A stretch of DNA of 64,000 nucleotides from a virus (IMGVR_UViG_3300037424_002485:1-64000), one strand, 5' to 3'. Shown: positions 27,121 to 37,037, counted from the first letter of the stretch. Notes: generated by a model not told the origin, from the sequence alone. Program-made: numbers and translations.

Positions 27121-28103
27121 CGCAAAAAATAACCGAACAATACGCGCTATATAACGGTGACTGCATCGAAGTTATGGCGAAAATGCCGAATGAGTCCATT
27201 CATTTATCCGTATACTCGCCGCCATTCGGCGGATTATATCATTATTCGAGTAGCGAGCGCGATCTGTCTAATTGTAAAGACTACGATACGTTTTTTGAAC
27301 ACTACGCTTTTGTTGTCCGCGAACTCGCCCGGCTCACGATGCCCGGACGCATGACGGCGGTACACTGTATGGACGTACCGTCGAGCAACAGCGGAACCGA
27401 TCATCTCAAAGATTTTCCCGGCGATATTATACGCTTGCACGAAAAAGAAGGCTGGAATTATATTGCCCGGTATTCGATATGGAAGGAACCGCTCGGCGTG
27501 CGCAATCGCACGATGGCAAAAAATCTTGCGCATAAAACTATTGTCGAAGACTCATCTCGTTGTAGCGTGGCGAGTGCTGATTACCTCCTCGTATTTCGGC
27601 GTAAGGGTCAGAATAAAATACCGATCGCGCATCCGACTGGATTACTTGAATATGTTGGCGAACGAAAGATACCCGCGGATCTTATGAAATTTCGCGGTCA
27701 TAAAGGCAACCAAATCGAAAACAGATATTCGCATTGGATCTGGCGACAGTACGCATCCGCATTTTGGGATGATATTCGCTTGCAACGAGTGCTCCCGTTT
27801 AAGGCATCGCGTGAACAAGACGATGAAAAGCACGTTCACCCGCTACAACTCGATGTAATCGACCGCACTATTGTGTTGTGGTCGAACCCAGGCGAAATAG
27901 TACTGACTCCGTTTATGGGTGTCGGCTCAGAGGTATACGCTGCCGTATGTGCGGGACGCAAGGGAGTCGGCATAGAATTAAAAACCGCATACTATCGGCA
28001 GTCGATAAAAAACGTTGAGGCTGCCGCCGAAGGTAAACGCGACGTAGAACAACGCGGGCTATTTGAAGACGCCGAGATAAACGAAAGCGAAATAGAGGGT
28101 TGA
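27108..28103 (+). CDS. DNA methylase N4/N6 family
   Basis: SVYSPPF catalytic motif, HVHPLQLD, TPFMGVGSE, GIELK. Confidence 0.9.
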   Translation: MAVITQKITEQYALYNGDCIEVMAKMPNESIHLSVYSPPFGGLYHYSSSERDLSNCKDYDTFFEHYAFVVRELARLTMPGRMTAVHCMDVPSSNSGTDHLKDFPGDIIRLHEKEGWNYIARYSIWKEPLGVRNRTMAKNLAHKTIVEDSSRCSVASADYLLVFRRKGQNKIPIAHPTGLLEYVGERKIPADLMKFRGHKGNQIENRYSHWIWRQYASAFWDDIRLQRVLPFKASREQDDEKHVHPLQLDVIDRTIVLWSNPGEIVLTPFMGVGSEVYAAVCAGRKGVGIELKTAYYRQSIKNVEAAAEGKRDVEQRGLFEDAEINESEIEG

Positions 28104-28104
28104 G

Positions 28105-30051
28105 ATGGCAGGCCTCGGCTTCTTCACTAAACAACCGGTAACAAATAATACGGTGAAAACGACGACTGTGCTTCGCAAGGCTGCGTCGCGGCCCGCCCAC
28201 GTCTTGCCGCCCGTGCTTGCCGTTGCCACGCCCGCCAGCCCGCCGGTATTGCCTAAGGCGAAGCCTGCCGCAGGCGGTAAGCCGCAGGCGGAACTCGACA
28301 TCGAATGCTACTCGAATTATTTCCTCGTCAAATTTAGGCGGCCCTGCGGTACCTATATCGACTTCGAGATGGACAATAATTTCAGCGACGCCGTTCTCGA
28401 TCGCGACGGCATCCGCAGACTGCTGGCGCGCTACGAAATCGTAACTTTCAACGGCACACGCTTCGACATACCCCTGCTGAAATATGCGCTGCAATACGAC
28501 GGCTGCACGACTGCCGATCTGAAGGCATGCGCCGACGACCTCATAAAAAACGAACTCGCGGTATACCGGTTCGACGAAAAACACGGCTTGCGCGACCTCA
28601 ACATCGATCATATCGATCTGAGTCCGTTGACGCCGATGATGACTGGCCTCAAGCTATGCGGAGCCCGCCTGCATAGTCCTCGCCTGCAAGACTTGCCGTA
28701 TGCCGACGACACAGTACTCACCGCCGACCAGATGGACGCCGTCTGCGAGTACTGCGGCAACGACCTCGAAGTTACAGCAGCGCTGAAAGCCGAATACGCT
28801 GAGGACATAGCGCTACGTCGCGATCTCGGCGCAAGGTATGGTGTTGACCTGCGCAGCCGCGGCGATGCTCAGTGTGCTGAGGATATTTTCCGAGTCGAGG
28901 CCGAGCGGCGCAGCGGAAAGCGCACGGTAAAGCCGAGGGAGTCGCACGCCAAAGAGTTTTATTACAAGATTCCCGACTTTATCAAATTTATCGATCCCCA
29001 GCTAAACGCGGTCCTCGACGTACTGCGTGCCGAAAAATTCACGGCTAAGCCTGTCAACAAGGGCATAGCTGGCCCCGAGAAGTTAGCCAAGGCGAAAATC
29101 AATCTTGGCGGCATGACATATGTTATGGGTATCGGCGGCCTGCACAGCACGGAAAAGTCGGCGTTTCACCTGGCTGACGACGACTTCGATTTATGGGATT
29201 TTGACGTTACCAGCTATTATCCGGCGATCATTCTGAACAGCGGTCTCTACCCGCCGAGCATCGGTCGCGTGTTTCTCGACATATACAGGGACATTGTCGA
29301 CGAACGCATCGCCGCCAAAAAGGCCGGCGATAAGATTAAGGCCGACGGTATGAAGATTACGGCAAACGGAGCCTTCGGTAAACTTGGCAGCCCGTGGTCA
29401 ATTCTATACGCTCCCGAGCTTATGATACAAGTCACGCTTACCGGCCAGCTGTCGATCCTCATGCTTATCGATAGACTAACACATCACGGCCTACAGGTCG
29501 TATCCGGTAATACCGACGGGGTCGTCGTTAAACCGCGTCGCGATCAGGAAGACTTGATGCGAACTATCATAGCGAGATGGTCGCGTCAGACTGGGTTTGA
29601 CGTTGAGTCAACTCACTACGCCGGCCTGTGGAGTCGTGACATTAACAATTATCTCGCTGTAGGCCATGACGGCCAGGTGAAGGCTAAGGGGACATTCGGT
29701 TACGCCGGCCGCAAGAAAAATCCCGAATACGACGTCTGTACGGACGCGCTCATCGCTTACTTTAAACACGGCGTGCCCGTTGAGGAAACCGTGCGCGCGT
29801 GCGCCGACATCCGCAAGTTCATCAGCGTCCGCCAGGTAAACGGCGGCGCGGTGAAAAACGGTGAGTACCTGGGCCGAGTCGTACGCTGGTATTACGGCGT
29901 CGGCGAGACCGGATTCATTGCGTATAAAACTAACGGTAACAAGGTTCCGCAGTCGGATGGCGCGCGGCCCGTCATGATGCTACCTGCCGAGCTGCCCGGC
30001 GATATAAACTATGACTGGTACGTGAAGAAATGTTCGAGTTTATTTTACTAA
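28105..30051 (+). CDS. DNA polymerase, family B, with 3'-5' exonuclease
   Basis: LDIECY, FNGTRFD, YCGND (exo); FDVTSYYP, KITANGAFGK, GNTDG (pol). Confidence 0.92.
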   Translation: MAGLGFFTKQPVTNNTVKTTTVLRKAASRPAHVLPPVLAVATPASPPVLPKAKPAAGGKPQAELDIECYSNYFLVKFRRPCGTYIDFEMDNNFSDAVLDRDGIRRLLARYEIVTFNGTRFDIPLLKYALQYDGCTTADLKACADDLIKNELAVYRFDEKHGLRDLNIDHIDLSPLTPMMTGLKLCGARLHSPRLQDLPYADDTVLTADQMDAVCEYCGNDLEVTAALKAEYAEDIALRRDLGARYGVDLRSRGDAQCAEDIFRVEAERRSGKRTVKPRESHAKEFYYKIPDFIKFIDPQLNAVLDVLRAEKFTAKPVNKGIAGPEKLAKAKINLGGMTYVMGIGGLHSTEKSAFHLADDDFDLWDFDVTSYYPAIILNSGLYPPSIGRVFLDIYRDIVDERIAAKKAGDKIKADGMKITANGAFGKLGSPWSILYAPELMIQVTLTGQLSILMLIDRLTHHGLQVVSGNTDGVVVKPRRDQEDLMRTIIARWSRQTGFDVESTHYAGLWSRDINNYLAVGHDGQVKAKGTFGYAGRKKNPEYDVCTDALIAYFKHGVPVEETVRACADIRKFISVRQVNGGAVKNGEYLGRVVRWYYGVGETGFIAYKTNGNKVPQSDGARPVMMLPAELPGDINYDWYVKKCSSLFY

Positions 30052-30065
30052 TAGGAGAATAACGG

Positions 30066-30983
30066 ATGCCATTACACCTTTCATATAGACCCGCTGAACT
30101 CAAGCAGATAGCCGGCAACCGAGAAACCGTCGCCGCTCTCGAAGCCGTACTCAGTCGCACGAAGGATTTCCCTCACGCCATGCTCTTCACCGGGCCGTCG
30201 GGTACGGGTAAGACGACGCTCGCGCGTATCGTAGCCGCACGCCTGGGTATAGCCGCAGGCGATCTCCGCGAGATGAATATCGCAAACCTACGCGGTATCG
30301 ACAGCGCGCGTGAGATACAGGAACAAATGCGTTTGCGACCGATGAATGGCCGAGCACGCGGCTTCATCCTCGACGAAGTCCATATGGGGACGAAAGAGTT
30401 TTTTAACGCCATGTTAAAACCTATGGAAGATGCACCCGAACACGTATATTTCTTTCTGTGCACGACCGACCCGGCGAAGCTGCTCGCGACCATCAAGAAC
30501 CGTTGTCACGAATTCAAAACAGAGGCGCTGGCGGCGAAGACAATAGCCGAGCTTTTACGCGGCGTGCTCACTGCCGAGAATATGAGCGTTCCCGACGAAG
30601 TGCTCGCGCAGATATGCGAAGACGCTCAGGGCAGCGCACGCGCGGCGCTCGTCGTGCTCGATAAGATAATTGACATGAAACCCGCTGATATGCTCGAAGC
30701 CGCGCGTCGTACTGCTGCCGAACAAAACCAGTCGATAGACCTCTGCCGTGCCCTTATTCGCGGCGACCGGTGGGAAGCCGTTGCGAAGATACTGGCAGGG
30801 CTCGGTGAATACGAGGTCGAGAATTTAAGGCTGGCCGTTCTCGGTTACTGCCAAGCTGTTCTGCTCAAAGGCGATACGCCGCGCGCGTGGACGGTACTCG
30901 ATGCTTTTCGCGACCCCTTTGATCGTATGGGTAGGCCGGGCGTCGTATGGGCGTGCTATATGTGCGCAAGCCAGCAGAAATAA
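30066..30983 (+). CDS. Clamp loader subunit (DnaX gamma/tau-like AAA+)
   Basis: YRP, GPSGTGKTT, ILDEVH, CTTDP..L..TIKNRC, GSARAAL. Confidence 0.9.
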   Translation: MPLHLSYRPAELKQIAGNRETVAALEAVLSRTKDFPHAMLFTGPSGTGKTTLARIVAARLGIAAGDLREMNIANLRGIDSAREIQEQMRLRPMNGRARGFILDEVHMGTKEFFNAMLKPMEDAPEHVYFFLCTTDPAKLLATIKNRCHEFKTEALAAKTIAELLRGVLTAENMSVPDEVLAQICEDAQGSARAALVVLDKIIDMKPADMLEAARRTAAEQNQSIDLCRALIRGDRWEAVAKILAGLGEYEVENLRLAVLGYCQAVLLKGDTPRAWTVLDAFRDPFDRMGRPGVVWACYMCASQQK

Positions 30984-31862
30984 ATGAATTCGCATTGGAG
31001 AAAAGGAATCAGCGCTTGGAAAATCAAAGGTGTTTTATACATCAGTGTCGTTTTTAGTTGGCAGCTTGCCGAAGCGAAAATTTTAGCCGTTCAGCATAAA
31101 GGAAAAACAATAATCGGAGGCCCGGCAGCGATAACCCATAAAAATAAAATAGACTGGGCGAATGTACAGGATGATTGTTCATACGACACTCTATCTATGC
31201 ATAATCCATTTTGTACTTTCACAAGTAGAGGGTGTATTAGAAAATGTCCTTTTTGTGTTGTACATAAAGTAGAAGGAGAGTTATTAGAACATACTGATTG
31301 GAAAATTGCGCCGATTATTTGTGATAATAATTTAACAGCGACTTCTAAAAAACATTTCGCGGCTGTTATAGAATCCGTGAAGCACTTTCCGTACATAGAT
31401 ATTAATCAAGGTATGGACGCAAGATTATTTACAAGTTGGCATGCTGATCAGTTACAAAAACTAAGCGCTGTGAAAATAAGATTTGCTTTTGATAATATCG
31501 ACGAAGAGAATAAAGTGATCGACGCTTTCAAATTATGCCGAGACAAAGGGTTTAATGATTTCGGTTGTTATGTTCTTATTGGGTATAATGATAATCCAGA
31601 TGAAGCCCGTTATAAATTAGAACTTTTGAAAAAAATAAAAGTGTATCCTATGCCGATGCGATACCAACCATGGGATACTAAAGTAAAAAATAGTTTCATA
31701 GCAGAGGGATGGACGCATCAATTATTACAAGATACTATGCGCTATTATTCTAATTCTATTCGTTTTGGAGGTTTTGATTTCGATTCTTATAGAGACTTCA
31801 CTCACGGAAGCAATAAACTCACGGGAAAAATACAAAGTATTAAATCATTTTTTAATAAATAA
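30984..31862 (+). CDS. Radical SAM protein with a degenerate cobalamin-binding-like N-terminus
   Basis: TSRGCIRKCPFC (CxxxCxxC), ISVVFSW...IGGPA, DNN, QGMDARL, YVLIGY; AT-rich. Confidence 0.8.
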   Translation: MNSHWRKGISAWKIKGVLYISVVFSWQLAEAKILAVQHKGKTIIGGPAAITHKNKIDWANVQDDCSYDTLSMHNPFCTFTSRGCIRKCPFCVVHKVEGELLEHTDWKIAPIICDNNLTATSKKHFAAVIESVKHFPYIDINQGMDARLFTSWHADQLQKLSAVKIRFAFDNIDEENKVIDAFKLCRDKGFNDFGCYVLIGYNDNPDEARYKLELLKKIKVYPMPMRYQPWDTKVKNSFIAEGWTHQLLQDTMRYYSNSIRFGGFDFDSYRDFTHGSNKLTGKIQSIKSFFNK

Positions 31863-31875
31863 ATCGCCGCTGGGC

Positions 31876-31905
31876 ATAGCGAAAGCCGCTGCCGGCGAGT
31901 ATAAT
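31876..31905 (+). promoter_or_regulatory. Phage promoter motif copy D
   Basis: ATAGCGAAAGCC-N9-GAGTATAAT followed by AGAGTATACAG. Confidence 0.78.
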
Positions 31906-31927
31906 AGAGTATACAGGAGAACGGTGA

Positions 31928-32497
31928 ATGAATAAGCCTAAAATAATAGGTCTGGCCGGACGCGCGTACGCTGGTAAGACAACCGTTGCCGATCACCTTG
32001 TCAAGACCTACGGATTCGTTGCCGTCGCTAATGCGGACGCCCTCAAGACGATGCTCATCACAGCGGGCTTGTGTACGCATGACGAATGCTATGTTAAGAA
32101 GACCGAACGCAGCCGCGAACTCATGCAGAAAGTCGGCACGGAGATATTTCGTAAACAAATACATCCTGATTTCTGGATGCAGCGGACGGCGAAGCGTATT
32201 CACGAATTGATGGCGGCTGGTAAGTCAGTGGTTGTCCACGACATACGTTTTCCAAATGAGGCGAAGCTCGTCGGCGCATACCTGGGCGCGGGACTCGTCG
32301 TTAAGCTGGAGCGCATTAATACCGACGGCAGCCCATATCGAGGTGCTCATGCCGAGGCGAACGAGCACGACAGCGAGCGCCTGGTCGATACCATTAACTG
32401 CGATTGCACGGTGACATGCGAGACCGGTGTTCCCGTGCTTATCGCCGCCGTCGAGACGCGGCTCCGGGAATACGGGTTTATAGGAGAACAGGAATGA
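31928..32497 (+). CDS. Deoxynucleoside monophosphate kinase
   Basis: IIGLAGRAYAGKTT, RELMQKVGTE, HDIRFPNE, H.SE. Confidence 0.88.
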   Translation: MNKPKIIGLAGRAYAGKTTVADHLVKTYGFVAVANADALKTMLITAGLCTHDECYVKKTERSRELMQKVGTEIFRKQIHPDFWMQRTAKRIHELMAAGKSVVVHDIRFPNEAKLVGAYLGAGLVVKLERINTDGSPYRGAHAEANEHDSERLVDTINCDCTVTCETGVPVLIAAVETRLREYGFIGEQE

Positions 32498-33159
32498 AGA
32501 TAATCAGGCAAGGCTGGAGTTTTGAAGAGCCAGTAGACGGCGAGGCAATACTGGCAAAGATCGAACGCGCCGGTCGTACCTGCTACAAGAGCGAGGACAA
32601 GATCACATCCGAGTCAGCGCGTAAGTTCGTTGCCGGATGCATCAAGAGCGGTCACCATAGCGTTATCGAACACCATAATATCAGCGTGCGCATCGTAACT
32701 GATCGTGGCGTGACCCATGAGATTGTCAGGCACCGGCTCGCCGCCTACAGTCAGGAAAGTACGCGGTATTGTAACTATAGTGGCGATAAGTTTGGCAACG
32801 AGATCACCGTAATCCTGCCGGTATATTTTTATAACGAAAGCAGTCCGCGTCTATTACGAGATACTCAGTGTCGATCACAATATTTATTATGGGAAGAAGC
32901 TATGCTTCAATCACAGGCACTTTATTTTAATCTGCTTGCAAACGGTCAAACCCCGCAACAAGCGCGCTCTGTGCTACCGAACAGTCTGAAGACTGAAATT
33001 GTAATGACGGCGAATATTCGTGAGTGGCGTCACTTCTTCACGCTACGTGCCGATAAGAAAAGTCATCCGCAGATGGTTGCACTTGCCGCCGATATGCTTA
33101 CCGGTTTTCGCGACGCCGTTCCCGTGCTATTCGACGATATTCACCCGGAGGTAAAATAA
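32494..33159 (+). CDS. thyX: FAD-dependent thymidylate synthase
   Basis: GHHSVIEH, RHRLAAYSQESTRY ThyX motif, ARSVLP, NIREWRHFF. Confidence 0.95.
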   Translation: MKIIRQGWSFEEPVDGEAILAKIERAGRTCYKSEDKITSESARKFVAGCIKSGHHSVIEHHNISVRIVTDRGVTHEIVRHRLAAYSQESTRYCNYSGDKFGNEITVILPVYFYNESSPRLLRDTQCRSQYLLWEEAMLQSQALYFNLLANGQTPQQARSVLPNSLKTEIVMTANIREWRHFFTLRADKKSHPQMVALAADMLTGFRDAVPVLFDDIHPEVK

Positions 33160-33653
33160 TGTTGGACTACGAAAAAGACCTCGTCATAGATTTGTTGGCG
33201 CTGCACACCGAATGGAATAATCAGCCGCGGGTCTTCATGCGATATAGCCGGGCACTTGCCGATAAACGTGATGAACTTGTCCGTGCCGAACAACGAGCTG
33301 ATGTTGAACGCGCGGAAGCCGATAAACGCGCGCGTCAGCGGCATGTTGCCGACGAAAAGAAACCCACAGAAGCTGTTATCAACTCCGAGATACTCACTGA
33401 TACCGAGTGTAAGAAATTCACCGAAATTGTATTCGTGCTCAAACATGAAACCGATATATTACAAGCAGCTGTACGCGCCTTCGATCAGCGCAAAGACGCT
33501 CTCGAAAATCTCGTCCGGCTACACGGTCAGCAGTATTTCGCCGGTCCCGCCGTACCCTACGAAGTCGGCAGGCAGTTTGTCGAGGCTGCCGGCGAGGCCG
33601 AGCGCGGCGAATCCCGCGAAAAAGCGGTTGAGCGAACGCGGAGGCGGTCGTGA
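33159..33653 (+). CDS. UvsY-like recombination mediator (helical)
   Basis: DLVID...L..EW..QP...; coiled coil; context near SSB and RecA. Confidence 0.6.
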   Translation: MLDYEKDLVIDLLALHTEWNNQPRVFMRYSRALADKRDELVRAEQRADVERAEADKRARQRHVADEKKPTEAVINSEILTDTECKKFTEIVFVLKHETDILQAAVRAFDQRKDALENLVRLHGQQYFAGPAVPYEVGRQFVEAAGEAERGESREKAVERTRRRS

Positions 33654-33832
33654 AAAATCAACCCGAGTATATTGAAATCTGGAAAACAGAAATGCGGATT
33701 TATCATGGCACTATCGCCTGGGGATGGCGGATGTACGGTATCGGATATAAAACGAAATGGTTCCTGGGATTTTCCATGCAAGTAATCCCTCGGATTATTG
33801 ATGCAAAAATAATAAAATTTGAGAAACCATAA
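33650..33832 (+). CDS. Hypothetical protein
   Basis: 60 aa, coupled. Confidence 0.5.
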   Translation: MKNQPEYIEIWKTEMRIYHGTIAWGWRMYGIGYKTKWFLGFSMQVIPRIIDAKIIKFEKP

Positions 33833-33845
33833 AGGAGGCAGTACA

Positions 33846-34982
33846 ATGACCAGAGAAAGAGAATCATCGGCACGCGGTTCAATGCGCGACGCCGCCCGCA
33901 GGCGGGCGACTGAGACTTCACACGGAGGCGGTGGCTACAGCATCAACTTGCCGGAAGGCGTGGCTTTCTTCAAGAACGACGGCAAGAAGGTTGAATTCGA
34001 CGTCATTCCGTACACGGTGAGCGACCGGCGTAACCCCGACGTAATCGCGGGACGCCTCAAAGTCGGCGACATGACCGACGCGCGTATGTACTGGCAGCAT
34101 AGCGACATCGGCAGCGATCAGAAGCCGTATATATGCTTGAAGACCGTCGGCCAGCGGTGCCCGATATGCGAGGCGCATGCCGCCATGGCGAAGAATCCGA
34201 AAGCCGATCCGAAGGACGTGAAGGCGCTCAAACCGAAAATGCGTATGCTGTACAACGTGATCGACGCCGCCGACAACAGCGGTAAAGTTATGGTCTGGGA
34301 TGTCAGCTATTACCTGTTCACCAAACAGCTTGAACACGAGCAGCGCGAAGTCGAGGAGTACTACGGCTACGCCGACCCCGATGCCGGTTACACGCTGCGC
34401 ATTCGCTTCGAGGAGAAGTTGTTGCCGGGCAGCAGCAAGCCGTTTTATGAAGCCGATCGCATTGACTTCGACAAGCGCAAAGCACTCAGCGACGCCGACC
34501 TCAAGGCCGCCGTCGATCTCGACGCCGCGCTGAAGATACTCACATACGAACAGCTTGACGCCGTCTTCCTCGGCGTAGACGGCGAACCCGCCGGTGAAGC
34601 CGAGCCGACGCCAGCCGCTGATCCCGCACCCCGCAGTACTCGTGGCGCCCGCGACGCCGCGCCGACCGCCGACGAAACCGAACAACCTGCACGCAGGCAG
34701 CGCGCTGCCGAGCCCGTAGGACAACCGGCTCCGGCGCGCGGACGCCCGGCTGAAGACAAAATTCATAGCAAAGACCCGGACGTCGAGCGTGCTGCCGGCA
34801 AACATGCTGTCGATCCCGATCAGGATTGTCCGGGCGGCGGCGTATTCGGCCGCGACGAATCCCAGCTCGACCACTGCAACGATTGCAGCGAAGACAAGTG
34901 GAAGGCCTGCCGTAACGAGAAAGACAGGCTGGCAAAAGAGAAGACGAAGCCTGTTGAAGAACCGCGGCGCGGCCGGCGGTAG
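33846..34982 (+). CDS. ssDNA-binding protein, T4 gp32-like
   Basis: YWQH...CLKTVGQRCPICE...MLYNVID...GYTLRI; long acidic/low-complexity tail. Confidence 0.75.
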   Translation: MTRERESSARGSMRDAARRRATETSHGGGGYSINLPEGVAFFKNDGKKVEFDVIPYTVSDRRNPDVIAGRLKVGDMTDARMYWQHSDIGSDQKPYICLKTVGQRCPICEAHAAMAKNPKADPKDVKALKPKMRMLYNVIDAADNSGKVMVWDVSYYLFTKQLEHEQREVEEYYGYADPDAGYTLRIRFEEKLLPGSSKPFYEADRIDFDKRKALSDADLKAAVDLDAALKILTYEQLDAVFLGVDGEPAGEAEPTPAADPAPRSTRGARDAAPTADETEQPARRQRAAEPVGQPAPARGRPAEDKIHSKDPDVERAAGKHAVDPDQDCPGGGVFGRDESQLDHCNDCSEDKWKACRNEKDRLAKEKTKPVEEPRRGRR

Positions 34983-35022
34983 TTATGTATCTGTTAAGAC
35001 TGATGTATAAAAGGAGGACATC

Positions 35023-35376
35023 GTGGCACAAAAAGAAATCGAAACGATCACGCTAAATAACGTCGAGTACGTGCGTAAAGACAGCGTCCTGCCGTTACAA
35101 AATAACACGGAAACGTTCCCGTATGTAATCGGCAAGCTCTATTTTATCCGCACTGTTACATTTTATTACATCGGCAGATTGCTTGCGGTAACGTCGGCAG
35201 AACTTATAGTTGATCAATGCTCATGGGTAGCCGATACCGGCAGGTTTGCGGACGCGCTTAAAAACGGAACGATTAGTGAGAACGAACCGTTTCCGGATGG
35301 CCAGGTGATCATTGGTCGCGGTACGATTGTCGACGCCCACGTATGGGCAGGGTCTGCTATGAGGAGTCAAAAATGA
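35023..35376 (+). CDS. Conserved phage hypothetical protein (Sm/SH3-like beta)
   Basis: YFIRTVT...GRL...SWVADTGRF...EPFP...IGRG. Confidence 0.7.
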   Translation: MAQKEIETITLNNVEYVRKDSVLPLQNNTETFPYVIGKLYFIRTVTFYYIGRLLAVTSAELIVDQCSWVADTGRFADALKNGTISENEPFPDGQVIIGRGTIVDAHVWAGSAMRSQK

Positions 35377-35591
35377 CGGCGGCCGTACTTCGTATCGGAT
35401 TGGAAAATAGCCGGAGCTGGAGCCGGAGCTGGAGCGGGAGCCGGAACTGGAGCTGGAGCCGGAGCCGGAGCCGGAGCTGGAGCTGGAGCCAGAGCTGGAG
35501 CCGGAGCCGGAGCTGGAGCCTGAGCCGGAGCCAGAGCTGGAGCCGGAGCTGGAGCTGGAGCGGGAGCCGGAACTGGAGCGGGGTAACATAG
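35373..35591 (+). CDS. Ser-Arg/Ser-Trp dipeptide repeat protein, 72 aa
   Basis: ATG after GAGGAG, coupled to the previous stop; body is the hexamer repeat. Confidence 0.6.
   Translation: MTAAVLRIGLENSRSWSRSWSGSRNWSWSRSRSRSWSWSQSWSRSRSWSLSRSQSWSRSWSWSGSRNWSGVT
35409..35582 (+). repeat. Tandem hexamer repeat (AGCYGG-like) x29
   Basis: 29 units of AGCCGG/AGCTGG with variants AGCGGG, AACTGG, AGCCAG, AGCCTG. Confidence 0.95.
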
Positions 35592-35593
35592 CC

Positions 35594-35923
35594 TTGCCGC
35601 GACCCGTTGAAAAGACTTGCCTCACCTGCCGGCAGCCGACGCAGGCCATGATCAACTCAGCGCAATGCCTGGGTTATCGTAGCCGCGACGATATTATTTA
35701 CCGGCTGCCGGCAGGTGCTGATTGCTGGCGGGCTGCCGACGTCCAGTGGTCAGCGGCTCAGGCGAGCGCGTATGCGAAATTCATCGGCGTGCCGATGTCG
35801 AGGCCGACGCTGATAAAATTCGTACGTGACAATAACGCCGGCTGGCAACTCGGCACAGGACGCTGGGTAATATACCCGGACAAATTCAGACTGCTGTTAA
35901 GGATTAAAAATGCCCAGAACTAA
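35594..35923 (+). CDS. Hypothetical Zn/HTH-like protein
   Basis: CLTC...; C-terminal SRPTLIKFV...GRWVIY resembles an excisionase-type HTH. Confidence 0.5.
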   Translation: MPRPVEKTCLTCRQPTQAMINSAQCLGYRSRDDIIYRLPAGADCWRAADVQWSAAQASAYAKFIGVPMSRPTLIKFVRDNNAGWQLGTGRWVIYPDKFRLLLRIKNAQN

Positions 35924-37037
35924 CGAAACATCCGTCTGCGAACAGATAAAGCAGCACGCGCGCAAACCGGTGGAAATAAAAAGTAAGGTAATAGACCGGG
36001 CGCGTCTCGTGCCGTCGGGCAGCACAATGCTCAACCTCGCCTGTACCGATACTGTTCACGGCGCTTTTCTGCTCGGCGAGTTTACGAATATTGTCGGCGG
36101 CTTCAGCACAGGTAAAACCAGCGGCACTCTCGAAGTATTCGCGGCTTGCGCCCAGCAGAAACGTTTCGACAATCATCGATTTATATTTGATGAACCCGAA
36201 CGCAGCAATGAATTCGATATGGAAAAGCAATACGGGAAGCGCGTGAGCTCCCGCATCGAACCGCCGGCTCGCGATAAAGACAGCGAATCCGTGTATTCGC
36301 GTACCGTCGAAGATTTTGAGATCAACCTGCGACGCGCTATCAAAGGCAGCCGGCCGGTTATATACGTACTCGACAGTTTTGACGCACTGACCAGTGAGCA
36401 AGAAGTCAAAAAGTCTGACGCGCGCGTGGGCAAGGCTGACCGTAAAAAGCGCGGCGAAGAGACTGAGAAGGATAAACAAAAAATAGCCGGTAGTTATGGC
36501 ATGGAGAAAGCCAAGGGATCGAGTTCGTTGTTCAGACTGGTAACACAAGACCTCAAGGATACGCAATCGCTGTTGATAATAATCAGCCAGACCCGCCAGG
36601 AAATTGACCCGATGAAGGCGAGTAAGTATCGACGTAACGGCGGCGACGCCCTCGACTTCTATGCGAGCCATGTCATCTGGTTATCGTGTATAGAACGTAT
36701 TCGGGACACCGTGCATAAACGACAGCTCGGCGATTGGGTACGCGCTAAGATTGACAAGAACAAGGCAACGGGTAAAAAACGCAGCGTGGACTATCCAACC
36801 TATGTTGGTTACGGCATAGACGATATCGACTCGATGATTGAATTTCTTATTGCCGACGGCGAGCTGACGAGCACGTCGTTGTCGTGGGCAGGCGAACCCT
36901 TTCGTTCGCGCAAAGCACTCATTGCTCATTTTGACGGCGACAAGAACGCGTTCACCGCTCTGCGCACTGCGGTTGCTGAACTCTGGATGAAGATCGAGGC
37001 CGACATCAAGTTAGACCGACGACCGAAATACATATAA
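35910..37037 (+). CDS. RecA/UvsX-like recombinase
   Basis: [44 protein letters not shown]. Confidence 0.9.
   Translation: MPRTNETSVCEQIKQHARKPVEIKSKVIDRARLVPSGSTMLNLACTDTVHGAFLLGEFTNIVGGFSTGKTSGTLEVFAACAQQKRFDNHRFIFDEPERSNEFDMEKQYGKRVSSRIEPPARDKDSESVYSRTVEDFEINLRRAIKGSRPVIYVLDSFDALTSEQEVKKSDARVGKADRKKRGEETEKDKQKIAGSYGMEKAKGSSSLFRLVTQDLKDTQSLLIIISQTRQEIDPMKASKYRRNGGDALDFYASHVIWLSCIERIRDTVHKRQLGDWVRAKIDKNKATGKKRSVDYPTYVGYGIDDIDSMIEFLIADGELTSTSLSWAGEPFRSRKALIAHFDGDKNAFTALRTAVAELWMKIEADIKLDRRPKYI

Noticed and set aside
19427-30051. Inteins in the helicase or polymerase
   Set aside because: No C/S...HN-C/S/T splice junctions or LAGLIDADG blocks; lengths are normal apart from the small Cys-rich insert
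33918-34874. 318-aa minus-strand ORF and other long antisense or alternative-frame ORFs (e.g. 5184-5867, 52542-53486, 27913-28611, 548-1114)
   Set aside because: Shadows of well-supported genes in GC-rich sequence; no motifs or RBS
35409-35582. Possible CRISPR array
   Set aside because: Contiguous 6-bp units with no unique spacers; it is a coding microsatellite
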